From the NCBI GenBank assembly GCA_902799715.1, contig CADCBS010000001.1, positions 1 through 58,538 on the forward strand: a stretch of DNA of 58,538 bases, given 5' to 3'. Positions 7,168-16,635 of this stretch are shown piece by piece. The first letter of the stretch is position 1; each line of letters starts with the position of its first letter. The notes under the pieces are model-generated. The model saw nothing but the letters and a program-made list of their open reading frames with translations. It was not told the origin of the DNA and did not search any database. The translations under genes and the position numbers were made by a program. The DNA is from an uncultured bacterium. Its GTDB lineage: Bacteria; Verrucomicrobiota; Kiritimatiellia; RFP12; UBA1067.

Positions 7168-10100
7168 TCACCCGGCGCGCTCCTTGAGCCTGCGCCTGCG
7201 GGCCGATGCGGCCGCCGTGTACGCGAACATGCGCTTGATCTTTTCGCGGATCGTCTGGAAGAGCGCGTACAGGCCTGGCACCAGCACGACGCCGAACGCC
7301 ACGGAGAAGAGCATGCCCCAGAACTCCGTAACGCCTATCGCGTTGCGCGACGCGGCGCCCGCGCCCGTGGCGACCACCATGGGCCACGTGCCGAGAAGCG
7401 TGGTGAGCGCGGTCATCAGCACGGCGCGCAGGCGTTCGCCGCCCGCGGCGCCTGCGGCGTCCGCTATCGAATAGCCCTCGTTCTCGCGCTTGTCCTTGGC
7501 GAACTCCACGATGAGGATCGCGTTCTTCGACGCCAGGCCCACGAGCAGCACGAGGCCGAGCTGGGCGTACACGGAAAGCGACAGGCCGTACAGCTTCAGG
7601 CCCACGAGCGCGCCGTAGGTGGCCACGAAGATGGACAGCATCACCGGCAGCGGGATCGTCCACGACTCGTACTGCGCCACGAGGAACAGGTAGCCGAACA
7701 GGATGGCGAGGCCGATCAGCGGCGCGGCGGAGCCGGCGTTGCGCTGCTCCTGGAACGTTATGCCGGACCACTCGAAGCCGTAGCCGGCGGGCAGGTTGTC
7801 GCCGAGGATGCGGCGCACTTCGTCCATCACCATGCCGGAGGCCACGCCCGGCATGGGCATCACCTTCAGGCCGGCTGCCGGGAACTGCTGGTAGCGCGAC
7901 ATCGTGCGCGGGCCGGCTTCGCGCTCGATCGTGGCGAGCGAGCCGACCGGCACCATCGAGCCGGTCTCGGAGCGGACGTACAGGTTCAGTACGTCCTCGG
8001 GCGTGGCGCGTCCCGACCAGTCGGCCTGCACCGTCACACGGTTCACCTGCGTGCCCAGGTTCACGTCGTTCACGTAGCGCGAGCCGAGATAGTTCTGCAG
8101 CGTGGCGTACGCAGTGGCGATCGGCACGCGGAACATCTCCGCCTTGTCGCGGTCCACGTCCAGGCGCAGGTGGGGGGTGTTGGCCGTGTAGCCGGAGTAG
8201 GCCATCATGATCAGCGGCGAGGCGTTGAGCTTGGCCAGCATCTTGTTCTTCACCGTGTCCAGCTCTATCGGGTCCACCTTCTCCTTGGACTGTATGCGCA
8301 CGTCGATCGCGTTGTCGGCGCCGAGGCCGGGGATGGCCGGCGGCACGAACACCTTGAACGACGCTTCGGGGATGCCGTCGAGCATTTTCTGCACTTTGGG
8401 GATGAGCGCCTGGACGTGCTGGTCGGGGCGGGAGCGCTCCTTCCAGTCCTTGAGGTCGGCGATGAGCATGCCCTCGTTCTCGCCGCGGCCGCCGACCAGC
8501 GACATGCCGTTGATGGACAGCACGGAGTTGACCTCGTTCGTGAGCGAGAGGATCGCCTGCACGGCGCGGCGCGTGACGTCCTGCGACCTGGCGGACGTGG
8601 TGCCCTCGGGCAGTTCCACGGACGCGAACAGGCATCGCTGGTCTTCGTCGGGCAGGAAGGACGTCGGCGTGGACTTGAACGCCTGGACGGTCAGCAGCAC
8701 GGCAACGGCCAGCAGCAGCCCGGCGAGGACGATGCGGCGTGCGAGCCCGCGCGCCACGACCACGAACAGGCTCTTGAACTTGTTTATGCCGGTGTTGAAC
8801 CAGGCGAGCGGCCCGTGCCTGTACGGGCGCGCCTCGTGCAGCAGCAGAGAGCACAGCGCGGGGGCGAGCGTGAGCGCGCACAGGGTGGAGAAGCAGACCG
8901 CCGCCGAAAGCGTGACCGAGAACTGCTGGTATATGCGGCCGGTGATGCCCGTCATGAAGCCGACCGGCACGAATATGCCCAGAAGCACCAGCGTGGTGGC
9001 GATGACCGCGCCCGTCACGTCGCTCATGGCCTGGATGGTGGCCTCCTTCGCGTTCAGCCCGCGCGTCTCGATGAGGAACTGCACGCGCTCGACCACCACG
9101 ATGCAGTCGTCCACCACCACGCCGATCGCGAGCACGAGGCCGAACAGCGTGAGGATGTTGATCGAATACCCCAGCGCGGCCATCAGGATGAACGTGGAGC
9201 ACAGCGACACCGGGATCGTTATCAGCGGTATCAGCGTGGCGCGCCAGTCCTGCAGGAACAGGTAGCACACGAGCACCACCAGGCCGAACGTTATGAACAG
9301 CGTTATCTTGATTTCGTCGATGCAGTGGCGCACGTAGTCCGTGGCGTCGTACGGGATGGTGGCCACCATGTCGTCCGGGAACGACTTCTCGAGCTCGGCC
9401 ATCGCCTTGCGCACCGCGTCCATGGCCTTGATGGCGTTGGCGCCGGGCTTCTGCTGGAGCGCTATCGACACGGTGTTGCCGCCGTTGAGCTGGCCGGAGA
9501 ACATGTAGTTCTGCTCGCCGATCTCGATGCGCGCCACGTCCTTGAGCTTCACGAGGCCGCCGTTCGCGTCGCGCCGCACTATGATCTCCTCGAATTCGGC
9601 CGGCGTCATCAGGCGGCCCTTGGACACCAGCGAATACGTGAACGCGCCGTGCTTCTGCGTGGGCGACGCGCCCACCGCGCCGAGCGAGGCCTGGATGTTC
9701 TGCTTCGATATGGCGGAGATGACCTCTTCGGAGTTCATCGACTGCGCCGCCATGCGCTGCGGATCGAGCCACACGCGCACGGCGAGCTTCGGCCCGTACA
9801 CCTGCACGTCGCCCACGCCGTCCACGCGCAGCAGGACCGGCTGGATGTTGTTGTAGATGTAGTTGGATATCTCCAGGCGCGAGTGCGTGCCCTTCGGCGA
9901 GCGGATCGCGTAGAAGCCCAGGAAGTCCGTGGACTGCGCGCGCACGCGCCCGCCCAGCTGCTTCACCTCCTGCGGCAGCTTCGCCTCGGCCTGCGTCAGG
10001 CGGTTCTGCACCTTCACGAGGTCCATGTCGCGGTCGGAGCCGACCTCGAACGACACCGTGAGCGAGTACGTGCCGTCGTCGCCGGAGTCGCTCGTCATGT

Positions 10101-10371
10101 AGATCATGTCGTCCACGCCGTTGACTTCGTCCTCCACCGGCGTCGCGATCGTGTTCATCACTTCGCGGGCGTTCGCGCCCGGATACGTGTACGTCACGCG
10201 GATTTCCGGCGGCGTGAGCTGCGGGTACTGCGCTATCGGCAGCGACAGCATCGCCATCATGCCCGCGATGGACAGCACCACGGCTATGACCATCGCGAAG
10301 CGGGGACGCTCCACGAACGTGCGCGAGAACGTCTTTATCTTGTCTATAGATTCGCGGATCTTGAGTTTCAT
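7168..10371 (-). CDS. RND (HAE1/AcrB-type) efflux permease
   Basis: 1067 aa. N-terminus [39 protein letters not shown]. 12-TM architecture with two large loops. Confidence 0.95.
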   Translation of the reverse strand: MKLKIRESIDKIKTFSRTFVERPRFAMVIAVVLSIAGMMAMLSLPIAQYPQLTPPEIRVTYTYPGANAREVMNTIATPVEDEVNGVDDMIYMTSDSGDDGTYSLTVSFEVGSDRDMDLVKVQNRLTQAEAKLPQEVKQLGGRVRAQSTDFLGFYAIRSPKGTHSRLEISNYIYNNIQPVLLRVDGVGDVQVYGPKLAVRVWLDPQRMAAQSMNSEEVISAISKQNIQASLGAVGASPTQKHGAFTYSLVSKGRLMTPAEFEEIIVRRDANGGLVKLKDVARIEIGEQNYMFSGQLNGGNTVSIALQQKPGANAIKAMDAVRKAMAELEKSFPDDMVATIPYDATDYVRHCIDEIKITLFITFGLVVLVCYLFLQDWRATLIPLITIPVSLCSTFILMAALGYSINILTLFGLVLAIGVVVDDCIVVVERVQFLIETRGLNAKEATIQAMSDVTGAVIATTLVLLGIFVPVGFMTGITGRIYQQFSVTLSAAVCFSTLCALTLAPALCSLLLHEARPYRHGPLAWFNTGINKFKSLFVVVARGLARRIVLAGLLLAVAVLLTVQAFKSTPTSFLPDEDQRCLFASVELPEGTTSARSQDVTRRAVQAILSLTNEVNSVLSINGMSLVGGRGENEGMLIADLKDWKERSRPDQHVQALIPKVQKMLDGIPEASFKVFVPPAIPGLGADNAIDVRIQSKEKVDPIELDTVKNKMLAKLNASPLIMMAYSGYTANTPHLRLDVDRDKAEMFRVPIATAYATLQNYLGSRYVNDVNLGTQVNRVTVQADWSGRATPEDVLNLYVRSETGSMVPVGSLATIEREAGPRTMSRYQQFPAAGLKVMPMPGVASGMVMDEVRRILGDNLPAGYGFEWSGITFQEQRNAGSAAPLIGLAILFGYLFLVAQYESWTIPLPVMLSIFVATYGALVGLKLYGLSLSVYAQLGLVLLVGLASKNAILIVEFAKDKRENEGYSIADAAGAAGGERLRAVLMTALTTLLGTWPMVVATGAGAASRNAIGVTEFWGMLFSVAFGVVLVPGLYALFQTIREKIKRMFAYTAAASARRRRLKERAG

Positions 10372-10410
10372 TTCATCGGCCCGTGCGTGAGTATGGCGGT
10401 TGCCGCGGCG

Positions 10411-11661
10411 TCACTTGTCGGACGGGCGGACGTAGCCGGGATGCGTGTCTTCGTTGGGCGTGGCCTCCGCAAGGCGGACCTTCTTGCCGGGGCCGAGCTT
10501 GCCTACGCCGGAGGTGACGACCCGCTCGCCGGCCTTCACGCCCTCCAGCACCGGCACCCAGCCTTCGTGCATGTCGAGCGTCTTCACCGCGCGCGGCTCG
10601 ACCGTCATGTCGTCCTTCAGCACGTACACCTGCACGCCGCCGCCTATCGCGTCGATTATCGCCGACTGCGGCACGCACGTGTATTCCGGCGGCTTCGAGT
10701 AGTCGGTCAGCAGCGTCACGTAGCTGTTGGGCACGAGCAGGCGCTCCGGGTTGGGGAAGGACAGGCGCATCGAAATCGTCGCCGTCTCGGCGGACATCGC
10801 GTTGTCGTCGAAGTCCCATTTGCCCTGCCCCGCGTAGTCGGAGCCGTCGGGCAGCTTCAGGCGCAGGCGGAATCCGCCGTCGCCGCCGCCGCCGGAGCGG
10901 GCCTTGCGCCACGCGATGTACGAGCGGTCCGTCATCGGGAACGTCACGCGGATGGGGTCGATCTGCACGATGCGCGCGAGCGCGCCCTTCGCCGGCGAAA
11001 CGTAGTCGCCCACGTAGGCGTTCGACTTGCCGATCTGCCCCGAAATCGGCGCGTACACCTTGGCCTTCTTCAGGTCGTAGCGCGCCACAACCAGGTTGGC
11101 TTCGGCCTGCAGCACGGCGGCCTTCGCGGAGTCGGCCTTCGCTTCGGCGTTGTCGCGCTCGGAATCAGGTATCACGCCCGCCTCCGCCTTGCGAGTGCGT
11201 TCGAGATACCTGTCCGCGCGGCGCTGCTCGGCCTTCGCCGCCTCGAGGTCCGCTTCGCGCTGCCTCACCACGGCCTGGTAGCGCTCGTCGTCGAGCTCGT
11301 ACAGCAGCTCGCCGGCCTTCACGGTGGAGCCTTCGGAGAAGTGCAGCTTCTTTATGTAGCCGTCAACCTGCGGCAGGAGGTCCACCTCCTGCATGGCCTC
11401 GGCGTGGGCCACGAACCGCAGCGGCTTGTTGTACGGCCTGTTGGTGGCGCACGTCACCGCCACGGAAATGTCCTGCGCCGGCATCTGCGGCGGCGTCATC
11501 TTCTGCTGCGGCATCAGGCCGCGCCCTATCCATCCGGCCGCCACCCCGGCTCCGGCCGTAAGCAGGGTGCCTATCAGGGCCGCCGCCGCGGCCTTGCCGC
11601 CGCCTTTCTTCTCCTCGCGCGCCTGCGGCGCGCCCTGTGTCGTCTGTTCTTCTCCGCTCAT
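10411..11661 (-). CDS. RND efflux periplasmic adaptor (MFP)
   Basis: Lipoyl/hairpin/beta-barrel pattern (VKAGELLYELDDERYQ..., APISGQIG). Start set to ATG 11661 (MSGEEQ), which overlaps the TetR stop as ATGA. The track ORF starts upstream, inside tetR. Confidence 0.9.
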   Translation of the reverse strand: MSGEEQTTQGAPQAREEKKGGGKAAAAALIGTLLTAGAGVAAGWIGRGLMPQQKMTPPQMPAQDISVAVTCATNRPYNKPLRFVAHAEAMQEVDLLPQVDGYIKKLHFSEGSTVKAGELLYELDDERYQAVVRQREADLEAAKAEQRRADRYLERTRKAEAGVIPDSERDNAEAKADSAKAAVLQAEANLVVARYDLKKAKVYAPISGQIGKSNAYVGDYVSPAKGALARIVQIDPIRVTFPMTDRSYIAWRKARSGGGGDGGFRLRLKLPDGSDYAGQGKWDFDDNAMSAETATISMRLSFPNPERLLVPNSYVTLLTDYSKPPEYTCVPQSAIIDAIGGGVQVYVLKDDMTVEPRAVKTLDMHEGWVPVLEGVKAGERVVTSGVGKLGPGKKVRLAEATPNEDTHPGYVRPSDK

Positions 11662-12326
11662 TTCGCTTTTCCCTTCTTTCTTCCGGAAGCCGTATCCGCA
11701 GACGGCCCGGGAGCCTTCTCCCAGCCGCCGCGCCACATCGCGAAGGCGTCGATCACCGCCTCGCGCACTTCACCGTCCAGAAACCCTCCGATCGCCGCCC
11801 CCACGAGCGCCGACCACGAAAGCACCATGAACCCCGCGGTCTTGGCGATGTCCACCCCGTCGCGCAGCCGCCCCGCGGCCTTCTCCTTCTCCAGCGCGCC
11901 GTGCAGGAGCGCGACCGGCCCGCCCTCGCGCTGCGACTTCACCACGCGCGCGCGGATTTCCGCCATCGACGACCCGCTCCACCTTATCTGCGAATGCAAC
12001 AGCCTGTACATGCTCCGCGACCTGGGGTCGGACACGATCCGCACGGCCTGCTCGGCCATTGTCTCCGCCGCGCCCGCCATGTCGGGCGACTCCGGGCCTT
12101 TCACCATCGCGCGCTCGAAACGCGCGTGCACGATCTTGACCACCTCTATCAGCAGCGACTGCTTGTCCGGGAAGTGCCAGTACACCGCGCCTTTCGTCAT
12201 GTCCATCTTGCGCGCGATGTCCTCGAAGGTCGTCTTCTCGTACCCGCGTTCGGCGAAAAGCGACAGCGCGGAGGCGATTATCCGCCTTCGCGTCTTTTCC
12301 GCGTCCTGTTGCGTCCTTCTTGCCAT
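11658..12326 (-). CDS. TetR/AcrR-family repressor of the efflux operon
   Basis: HTH ASALSLFAERGYEKTTFEDIARKMDMTKGAVYWHFPDK. Start set to ATG 12326 (MARRTQQD); the track start at 12365 is a TTG. Confidence 0.9.
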   Translation of the reverse strand: MARRTQQDAEKTRRRIIASALSLFAERGYEKTTFEDIARKMDMTKGAVYWHFPDKQSLLIEVVKIVHARFERAMVKGPESPDMAGAAETMAEQAVRIVSDPRSRSMYRLLHSQIRWSGSSMAEIRARVVKSQREGGPVALLHGALEKEKAAGRLRDGVDIAKTAGFMVLSWSALVGAAIGGFLDGEVREAVIDAFAMWRGGWEKAPGPSADTASGRKKGKAK

Positions 12327-12379
12327 GCGTGTGTCCGGTCCTATTCCGCCGGCAGAGCCTGCCAAGCGGAAGCGCGCGA

Positions 12380-12409
12380 AGTATACATACCTTTCGGTAG
12401 GTATGTCAA
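12380..12409 (-). promoter_or_regulatory. tetR-efflux promoter with an embedded palindromic operator
   Basis: Minus strand reads TTGACA-18 nt-TATACT. The spacer contains the perfect inverted repeat ACATACCT-N6-AGGTATGT (12385-12406). Confidence 0.55.
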
Positions 12410-12640
12410 GCCCGAATCCGCGCCGCGCTGCGCAGGGGTCCGGCGCGGCAGGGCCGGTGCAAAAAAAACGGGCGGCACACCCGTGCCGTCCGCCGTACTG
12501 CGGTCAACGCCAGTATAAGCCGCAGCAAGTTGTTGCCTTCACTATAGCGAAAACCGTGCCAGCCCGCGGAAAGCGCCTTTTTCTGGCGTTTGCCTGCGGC
12601 AAATGCGACATTTTTGCAGGAAATCGCCAGAAATGTACGA

Positions 12641-12673
12641 CAAAAACGGAGCACGGCGCCGGTTCGGCATGCT
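12641..12673 (-). terminator. Candidate intrinsic terminator of the feo operon
   Basis: Directly after the stop at 12674 the minus strand reads AGCATGCCG-aaccgg-CGCCGTGCT, followed by CCGTTTTTG. Confidence 0.5.
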
Positions 12674-12826
12674 TCAGGCTTTTTTGGATTTGCGGCTTTT
12701 TTCGCATGTGCAATTGCGGCAGCACCCGCCGCATTCGCAGGGCGCACCCTTTTTCAGGTTGCGCCACACTGCAAATGCGGCGAGCCCCACAACCGCCGCA
12801 AGAACCGCGACAGAGCCGACGCTCAC
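12674..12826 (-). CDS. FeoB-associated Cys-rich small membrane protein
   Basis: 50 codons: one TM (SVGSVAVLAAVVGLAAFAVW), then NLKKGAPCECGGCCRNCTCEKSRKSKKA. GTG start overlaps the feoB stop as GTGA. It is the real tail of track ORF 12674..14491. Confidence 0.75.
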   Translation of the reverse strand: MSVGSVAVLAAVVGLAAFAVWRNLKKGAPCECGGCCRNCTCEKSRKSKKA

Positions 12827-15800
12827 AGCGCCGGCTCCTTCCCCGCCTTGGCGGCGGGGCGGAAGACCATCCACAGGCAGAAGGCGTCGAGCGCGAGCGC
12901 CGCCGCCGTCCACAGGCCGAATCCCCCGCCCGCGGCCAGCACGCCTATCCTGTACGCGGACAGCGCCAGCACGTAGCCCGTGAACAGCTGGAAGCCGACG
13001 GCGAACCAGCCCCACGCCTTCGACCCCATTTCGCGGAACGTGACGGCTATCGCCACCATGCACGGCGGGATGAACAGATTGAAGATCATGAACGACAGCG
13101 CCGCGAGTTTCGGGAAATCGCTGAACGACGCGAAGAGCCACTTGATCTGCGCGCCCGTGGCGCCGCCAGGCATGTTGGACGCCACCAGCCCCAGCGTGGC
13201 CGTCGCCTGCTCCTTTGCGATTTCGGCGGAAACCGACGCCGCCGCGCCCTGCCACGATCCGAACCCGAGCGGTTCGAGCATCCAGGCGAGCCATCCGCCC
13301 GCGACGGCCAGCATCGACCGGTCGATGCCCTCTTCGCCGACATGCGCGAACGAGAAGTCGTAGTTCATTATGAACCACAGGAACACGCACGCCGGGAAGA
13401 TTATCAGGCCGGCCTTCATGATGTAGCCTTTCACGCGGATCCACGTGTGCCGCCAGATGCCCGCCGCGGTGGGCATGTGGTACGCGGGAAGCTCCATCAC
13501 GAACGGGGCCGCCTCGCCGGCGAACGCCCTGGACTTCTTGAGCGCTACGCCGCCCATCACGATCACCGCTATGCCGATCACGTCCATCAGCGCGGCCACG
13601 TACCATTGTCCGCGGAAGAACAGCGCCGCGAACATCGCGATTATCACGGTCTTCGCGCCGCAGGGTATGAACGTGGCCAGCATGACCGTCATGCGGTGGT
13701 CGCGCTCGTTTTCGATCGTGCGCGCCGCCATCACCGCCGGCACGCCGCAGCCTTTGCCCACGATCATCGGGATGAACGACTTGCCGGACAGACCGAATTT
13801 GCGGAACAGGCGGTCCATTATGAACGCCACGCGCGCCATGTAGCCGCAGTCCTCGAGGAACGCCAGGAACAGGAACACCACGGATATCACGGGCACGAAA
13901 CCGAGCACCGTCGCGACGCCGCCCCATGCGCCGTCGAGGACCAGCGACTTCACTTTGTCGCCCGTGCCGACGGCGTCCAGCGCTTCGCCGATAAGCGTCT
14001 TCAGGCCGGGGATGAACACGCCGAAGCGCGAGGGGTCTACCTCCGGGACTTCCTTCGACGCCTTGTAGGCGGCGTAGTCGCATTCCCACGACATTTCGTG
14101 GCCGCAGCATCCGCAGTCGCCGGGCATCGGGCCTTCCTGCGCGGCGACGCCGGCGGCGACGGTTTCGTCGAATATCTCGAACCCGCTTTCTTCGAACAGC
14201 GACTTGGGGATGTAGGTCTTGCCTTCCTTCTTCGCCGCTTCGCGGGCTTCGCCGGACGCCTTGCGCCACTCCTTCTCCGCCTCCCTGTTGAACCCGCGCA
14301 GCTTGGTTTCGTACGCGCCGCCGCCGTTTTTCGCGTCGTATGCCTTGATGTAGGCGGCGCGCCACTTGGCGACCTTCTCGCAATGTTCGCAGGCTTCCTT
14401 GGGCTCTCCTTCCTCGCCGGTGCAGTCGCCGCACGAATGGCCGGGGTCGGCGGCTTTGGCCATGAGACACTCCACCGGCGCATGCTCGCAAGGCTCCGTC
14501 TCGACAAGGTGCGTTTCGGGGTCGATCGAGGCGACGCCCGTCACGGGTTCGCCCGTCTCTTCGTCGTCGTCGAGTTTGACTTCCGCCTTGACGCCGGCGG
14601 CCAGCGCCTCGTCGAGCACTGCGAACTCCGCGGCCTCGAACCTGTCGCCGTCCTTCCCGGGCTTGAATTCATTTTCGGCCTTTTCGTTCCAGGCCGCAAG
14701 GGCCGTTTCGTACGCTTTTGCTCCGGCTTCGGTCAGGTTGCCGTCCTTGTCCTTTTCGCCGTATTTTTCGTTGTAGGCCTCCTTGTAGGCGCTTTCCCAC
14801 GCCTCGATGTTCTTTTCGTGCGGGGCGTACGCCTCCTTGGCCTCGTCGTATCCCTTCCCGGCGTAGAATGCGCACGACGCGCAGTCGCAGTTCTTCGCGT
14901 CGCCTTTGCAGGCGCATCCCGGCTCGCCGCACTTGAACGTATGCGTTGTGAACGGCAGGTGCCACCCGTCCTCGCCGAGGAAGCTGTCGTTCGCCCAGTC
15001 GGTCAGGATCGTTCCGGGGCCGTTTTCGGCCACGGCCACCCACCACATGGCGCAGAGCGCCAGCACGAACAGGGGAAGCGCCAGTATGCGGTTCGTCACG
15101 AACTTGTCGATCTTGTCGGAGAGCGTGGTCTTGTTCTTGCGGGCCTGCGTGCGCGTCACCGCCTTCGACATCAGATTCTGGATGAACTCGTAGCGCTGGT
15201 TGGTGATGATGGATTCGGCGTCGTCGTCGAGTTCCTTTTCGCAGTCGCGGATGTGGGCTTCGATGTGCTTCATCTCGCCCACCCCTATTCCGAGGTCTTT
15301 TATCACCTCGCGGTCGCGCTCGAATATCTTTATCGCGAACCAGCGTATCGACCTGGCCGGAACCTTTCCCTGGATCGATTCTTCGATGTGCGCGATGGCG
15401 TGCTCCACGGAACCGGAGAACACGTGCGGCGACTCGCCCTTGCGGGCTTTCTTGGCCAGGCGCGCCGCCAGCTGCGCGGCCTCGGCCCCGCCTTCCTTCT
15501 TCAGCGCGCTGATGCCCGTCACCTCGCAGTTCAGCGCCTTGCCGATTTTCGCGAAATCTATCTTGTCGCCGTTCTTCTTCACCACGTCCATCATGTTCAC
15601 GGCCATCACCATCGGGATGCCCAGCTCCGCGAGCTGCGTGGACAGGTACAGGTTCCGCTCGATGTTCGTGCCGTCGACAATGTTCAGGATCGCGTCGGGG
15701 TTCTCTTCGACCAGGAACTTGCGGGACACCTTCTCTTCGAGCGAATACGGCGAAAGCGAGTATATGCCCGGCAGGTCCTGGATCGTCACGTCCTTGTCGC

Positions 15801-15939
15801 CGGCGAGCAGGCCGTCCTTCTTCTCCACGGTCACGCCGGGCCAGTTGCCGACATACTGGTTCGAGCCCGTAAGCGCGTTGAACAGAGTCGTCTTGCCGGA
15901 ATTGGGGTTGCCGGCCAGCGCTATCTTTATTTTTGCCAT
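12823..15939 (-). CDS. feoB: Ferrous iron transporter FeoB with a ~320-aa Cys-rich insertion after TM1
   Basis: G-domain GNPNSGKTTLFNALTG...DLPGIYSL...NMMD. Gate motifs LEDCGYMARVAFIMDRLFRKFGLSGKSFIPMIVGKGCGVPAVMAARTIE. 1038 aa versus the usual ~700-800. Confidence 0.95.
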   Translation of the reverse strand: MAKIKIALAGNPNSGKTTLFNALTGSNQYVGNWPGVTVEKKDGLLAGDKDVTIQDLPGIYSLSPYSLEEKVSRKFLVEENPDAILNIVDGTNIERNLYLSTQLAELGIPMVMAVNMMDVVKKNGDKIDFAKIGKALNCEVTGISALKKEGGAEAAQLAARLAKKARKGESPHVFSGSVEHAIAHIEESIQGKVPARSIRWFAIKIFERDREVIKDLGIGVGEMKHIEAHIRDCEKELDDDAESIITNQRYEFIQNLMSKAVTRTQARKNKTTLSDKIDKFVTNRILALPLFVLALCAMWWVAVAENGPGTILTDWANDSFLGEDGWHLPFTTHTFKCGEPGCACKGDAKNCDCASCAFYAGKGYDEAKEAYAPHEKNIEAWESAYKEAYNEKYGEKDKDGNLTEAGAKAYETALAAWNEKAENEFKPGKDGDRFEAAEFAVLDEALAAGVKAEVKLDDDEETGEPVTGVASIDPETHLVETEPCEHAPVECLMAKAADPGHSCGDCTGEEGEPKEACEHCEKVAKWRAAYIKAYDAKNGGGAYETKLRGFNREAEKEWRKASGEAREAAKKEGKTYIPKSLFEESGFEIFDETVAAGVAAQEGPMPGDCGCCGHEMSWECDYAAYKASKEVPEVDPSRFGVFIPGLKTLIGEALDAVGTGDKVKSLVLDGAWGGVATVLGFVPVISVVFLFLAFLEDCGYMARVAFIMDRLFRKFGLSGKSFIPMIVGKGCGVPAVMAARTIENERDHRMTVMLATFIPCGAKTVIIAMFAALFFRGQWYVAALMDVIGIAVIVMGGVALKKSRAFAGEAAPFVMELPAYHMPTAAGIWRHTWIRVKGYIMKAGLIIFPACVFLWFIMNYDFSFAHVGEEGIDRSMLAVAGGWLAWMLEPLGFGSWQGAAASVSAEIAKEQATATLGLVASNMPGGATGAQIKWLFASFSDFPKLAALSFMIFNLFIPPCMVAIAVTFREMGSKAWGWFAVGFQLFTGYVLALSAYRIGVLAAGGGFGLWTAAALALDAFCLWMVFRPAAKAGKEPAL

Positions 15940-15959
15940 TTCTCCGTCTCCCGGGCGCG

Positions 15960-16178
15960 TCAGACGATTTCCACCATTGCAGCCTCGCTCTTGCGGATCG
16001 ACAGCTCGTAGCCGCGCACCGTAAGCTCGATGGGATCTCCGAGCGGCGCGATTTTCCGCACCGCCACCTCCACGCCTTTCGTCAGGCCCATGTCCATGAT
16101 CCGGCGCTTCACCGCGCCTTCGCCGTTCAGGCGCGCGACCTTTGCGCGCGCGCCCGGTTTCAGTTGATCGAGTGTCAT
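15960..16178 (-). CDS. feoA: FeoA-family protein (copy 2)
   Basis: MTLDQLKPGARAKVARLNGEGAVKRRIMDMGLTKGVEVAVRKIAPLGDPIELTVRGYELSIRKSEAAMVEIV. ATG checked at 16178. The track ORF has a spurious extension. Confidence 0.9.
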   Translation of the reverse strand: MTLDQLKPGARAKVARLNGEGAVKRRIMDMGLTKGVEVAVRKIAPLGDPIELTVRGYELSIRKSEAAMVEIV

Positions 16179-16210
16179 TTTGTTTCTCCTTCCATAAATG
16201 CAGGCACGGT

Positions 16211-16432
16211 TCAAGGCAGCGGTTCCACCATCACGTGGCGCGTCACGTCGCCGTTCACGGCGATGCGGCTGTCGTGTATCCCGATTATCATGTTCCCGCC
16301 GGAAATCTGGACCACCGTGACAACTGCGCCCGGCACGAAGCCAAGCGCCCCAAGGTGCTTCTTCACTGTGTCGCTGCCAGTCAAGGCCATGACCCTGGCC
16401 TTGCAGCGCAACCCTATCATCGACAACGGCAT
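16211..16432 (-). CDS. feoA: FeoA-family protein (copy 1)
   Basis: MPLSMIGLRCKARVMALTGSDTVKKHLGALGFVPGAVVTVVQ...IGIHDSRIAVNGDVTRHVMV. ATG 16432 has a GGAG 7 nt upstream. The track start at 16438 is a TTG. Confidence 0.85.
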   Translation of the reverse strand: MPLSMIGLRCKARVMALTGSDTVKKHLGALGFVPGAVVTVVQISGGNMIIGIHDSRIAVNGDVTRHVMVEPLP

Positions 16433-16501
16433 ACGCAATCTCCACGCCCCCAGGCCGCGCGACGCCGCGCAGATTTACACCTCGGGGCTAAATCTTCGTC
16501 A

Positions 16502-16530
16502 AGTCTAACATTGTTTGTCTTGGTTGTCAA
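16502..16530 (-). promoter_or_regulatory. Candidate sigma70 promoter of the feo operon
   Basis: Minus strand reads TTGACA-17 nt-TAGACT, about 60-70 nt upstream of the feoA start. Confidence 0.5.
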
Positions 16531-16635
16531 GGCCGCCGCGCGTTTTTTTGGGAAATATGCCGTCGCCCGCCGTCCAGCGCGCTCCGCAAGGCCGCCCCCC
16601 CCATTTTTGCGCATCACGCCCCCTTCACCCGGAAA

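Noticed and set aside
12674-14491. A 605-aa minus-strand ORF overlapping feoB in another frame.
   Set aside because: Only its last 50 codons (12674-12826) form a credible gene, the FeoB-associated Cys-rich peptide. The rest is an out-of-frame overlap with the well-supported feoB reading frame.
6127-16011. A 3294-aa plus-strand ORF, the longest in the track.
   Set aside because: It runs antisense to the OMF, RND, MFP, TetR and FeoB genes, all of which have unmistakable family motifs. Its translation is Arg/Ala/Gly/His-rich low complexity with no domain pattern. It is a stop-codon-poor shadow frame typical of GC-rich DNA.
16439-16635. A Fur box in the feo promoter region.
   Set aside because: No 19-bp GATAATGATAATCATTATC-like palindrome or hexamer array is visible on either strand. 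This is reported only as an absence within a finding, not as a feature.
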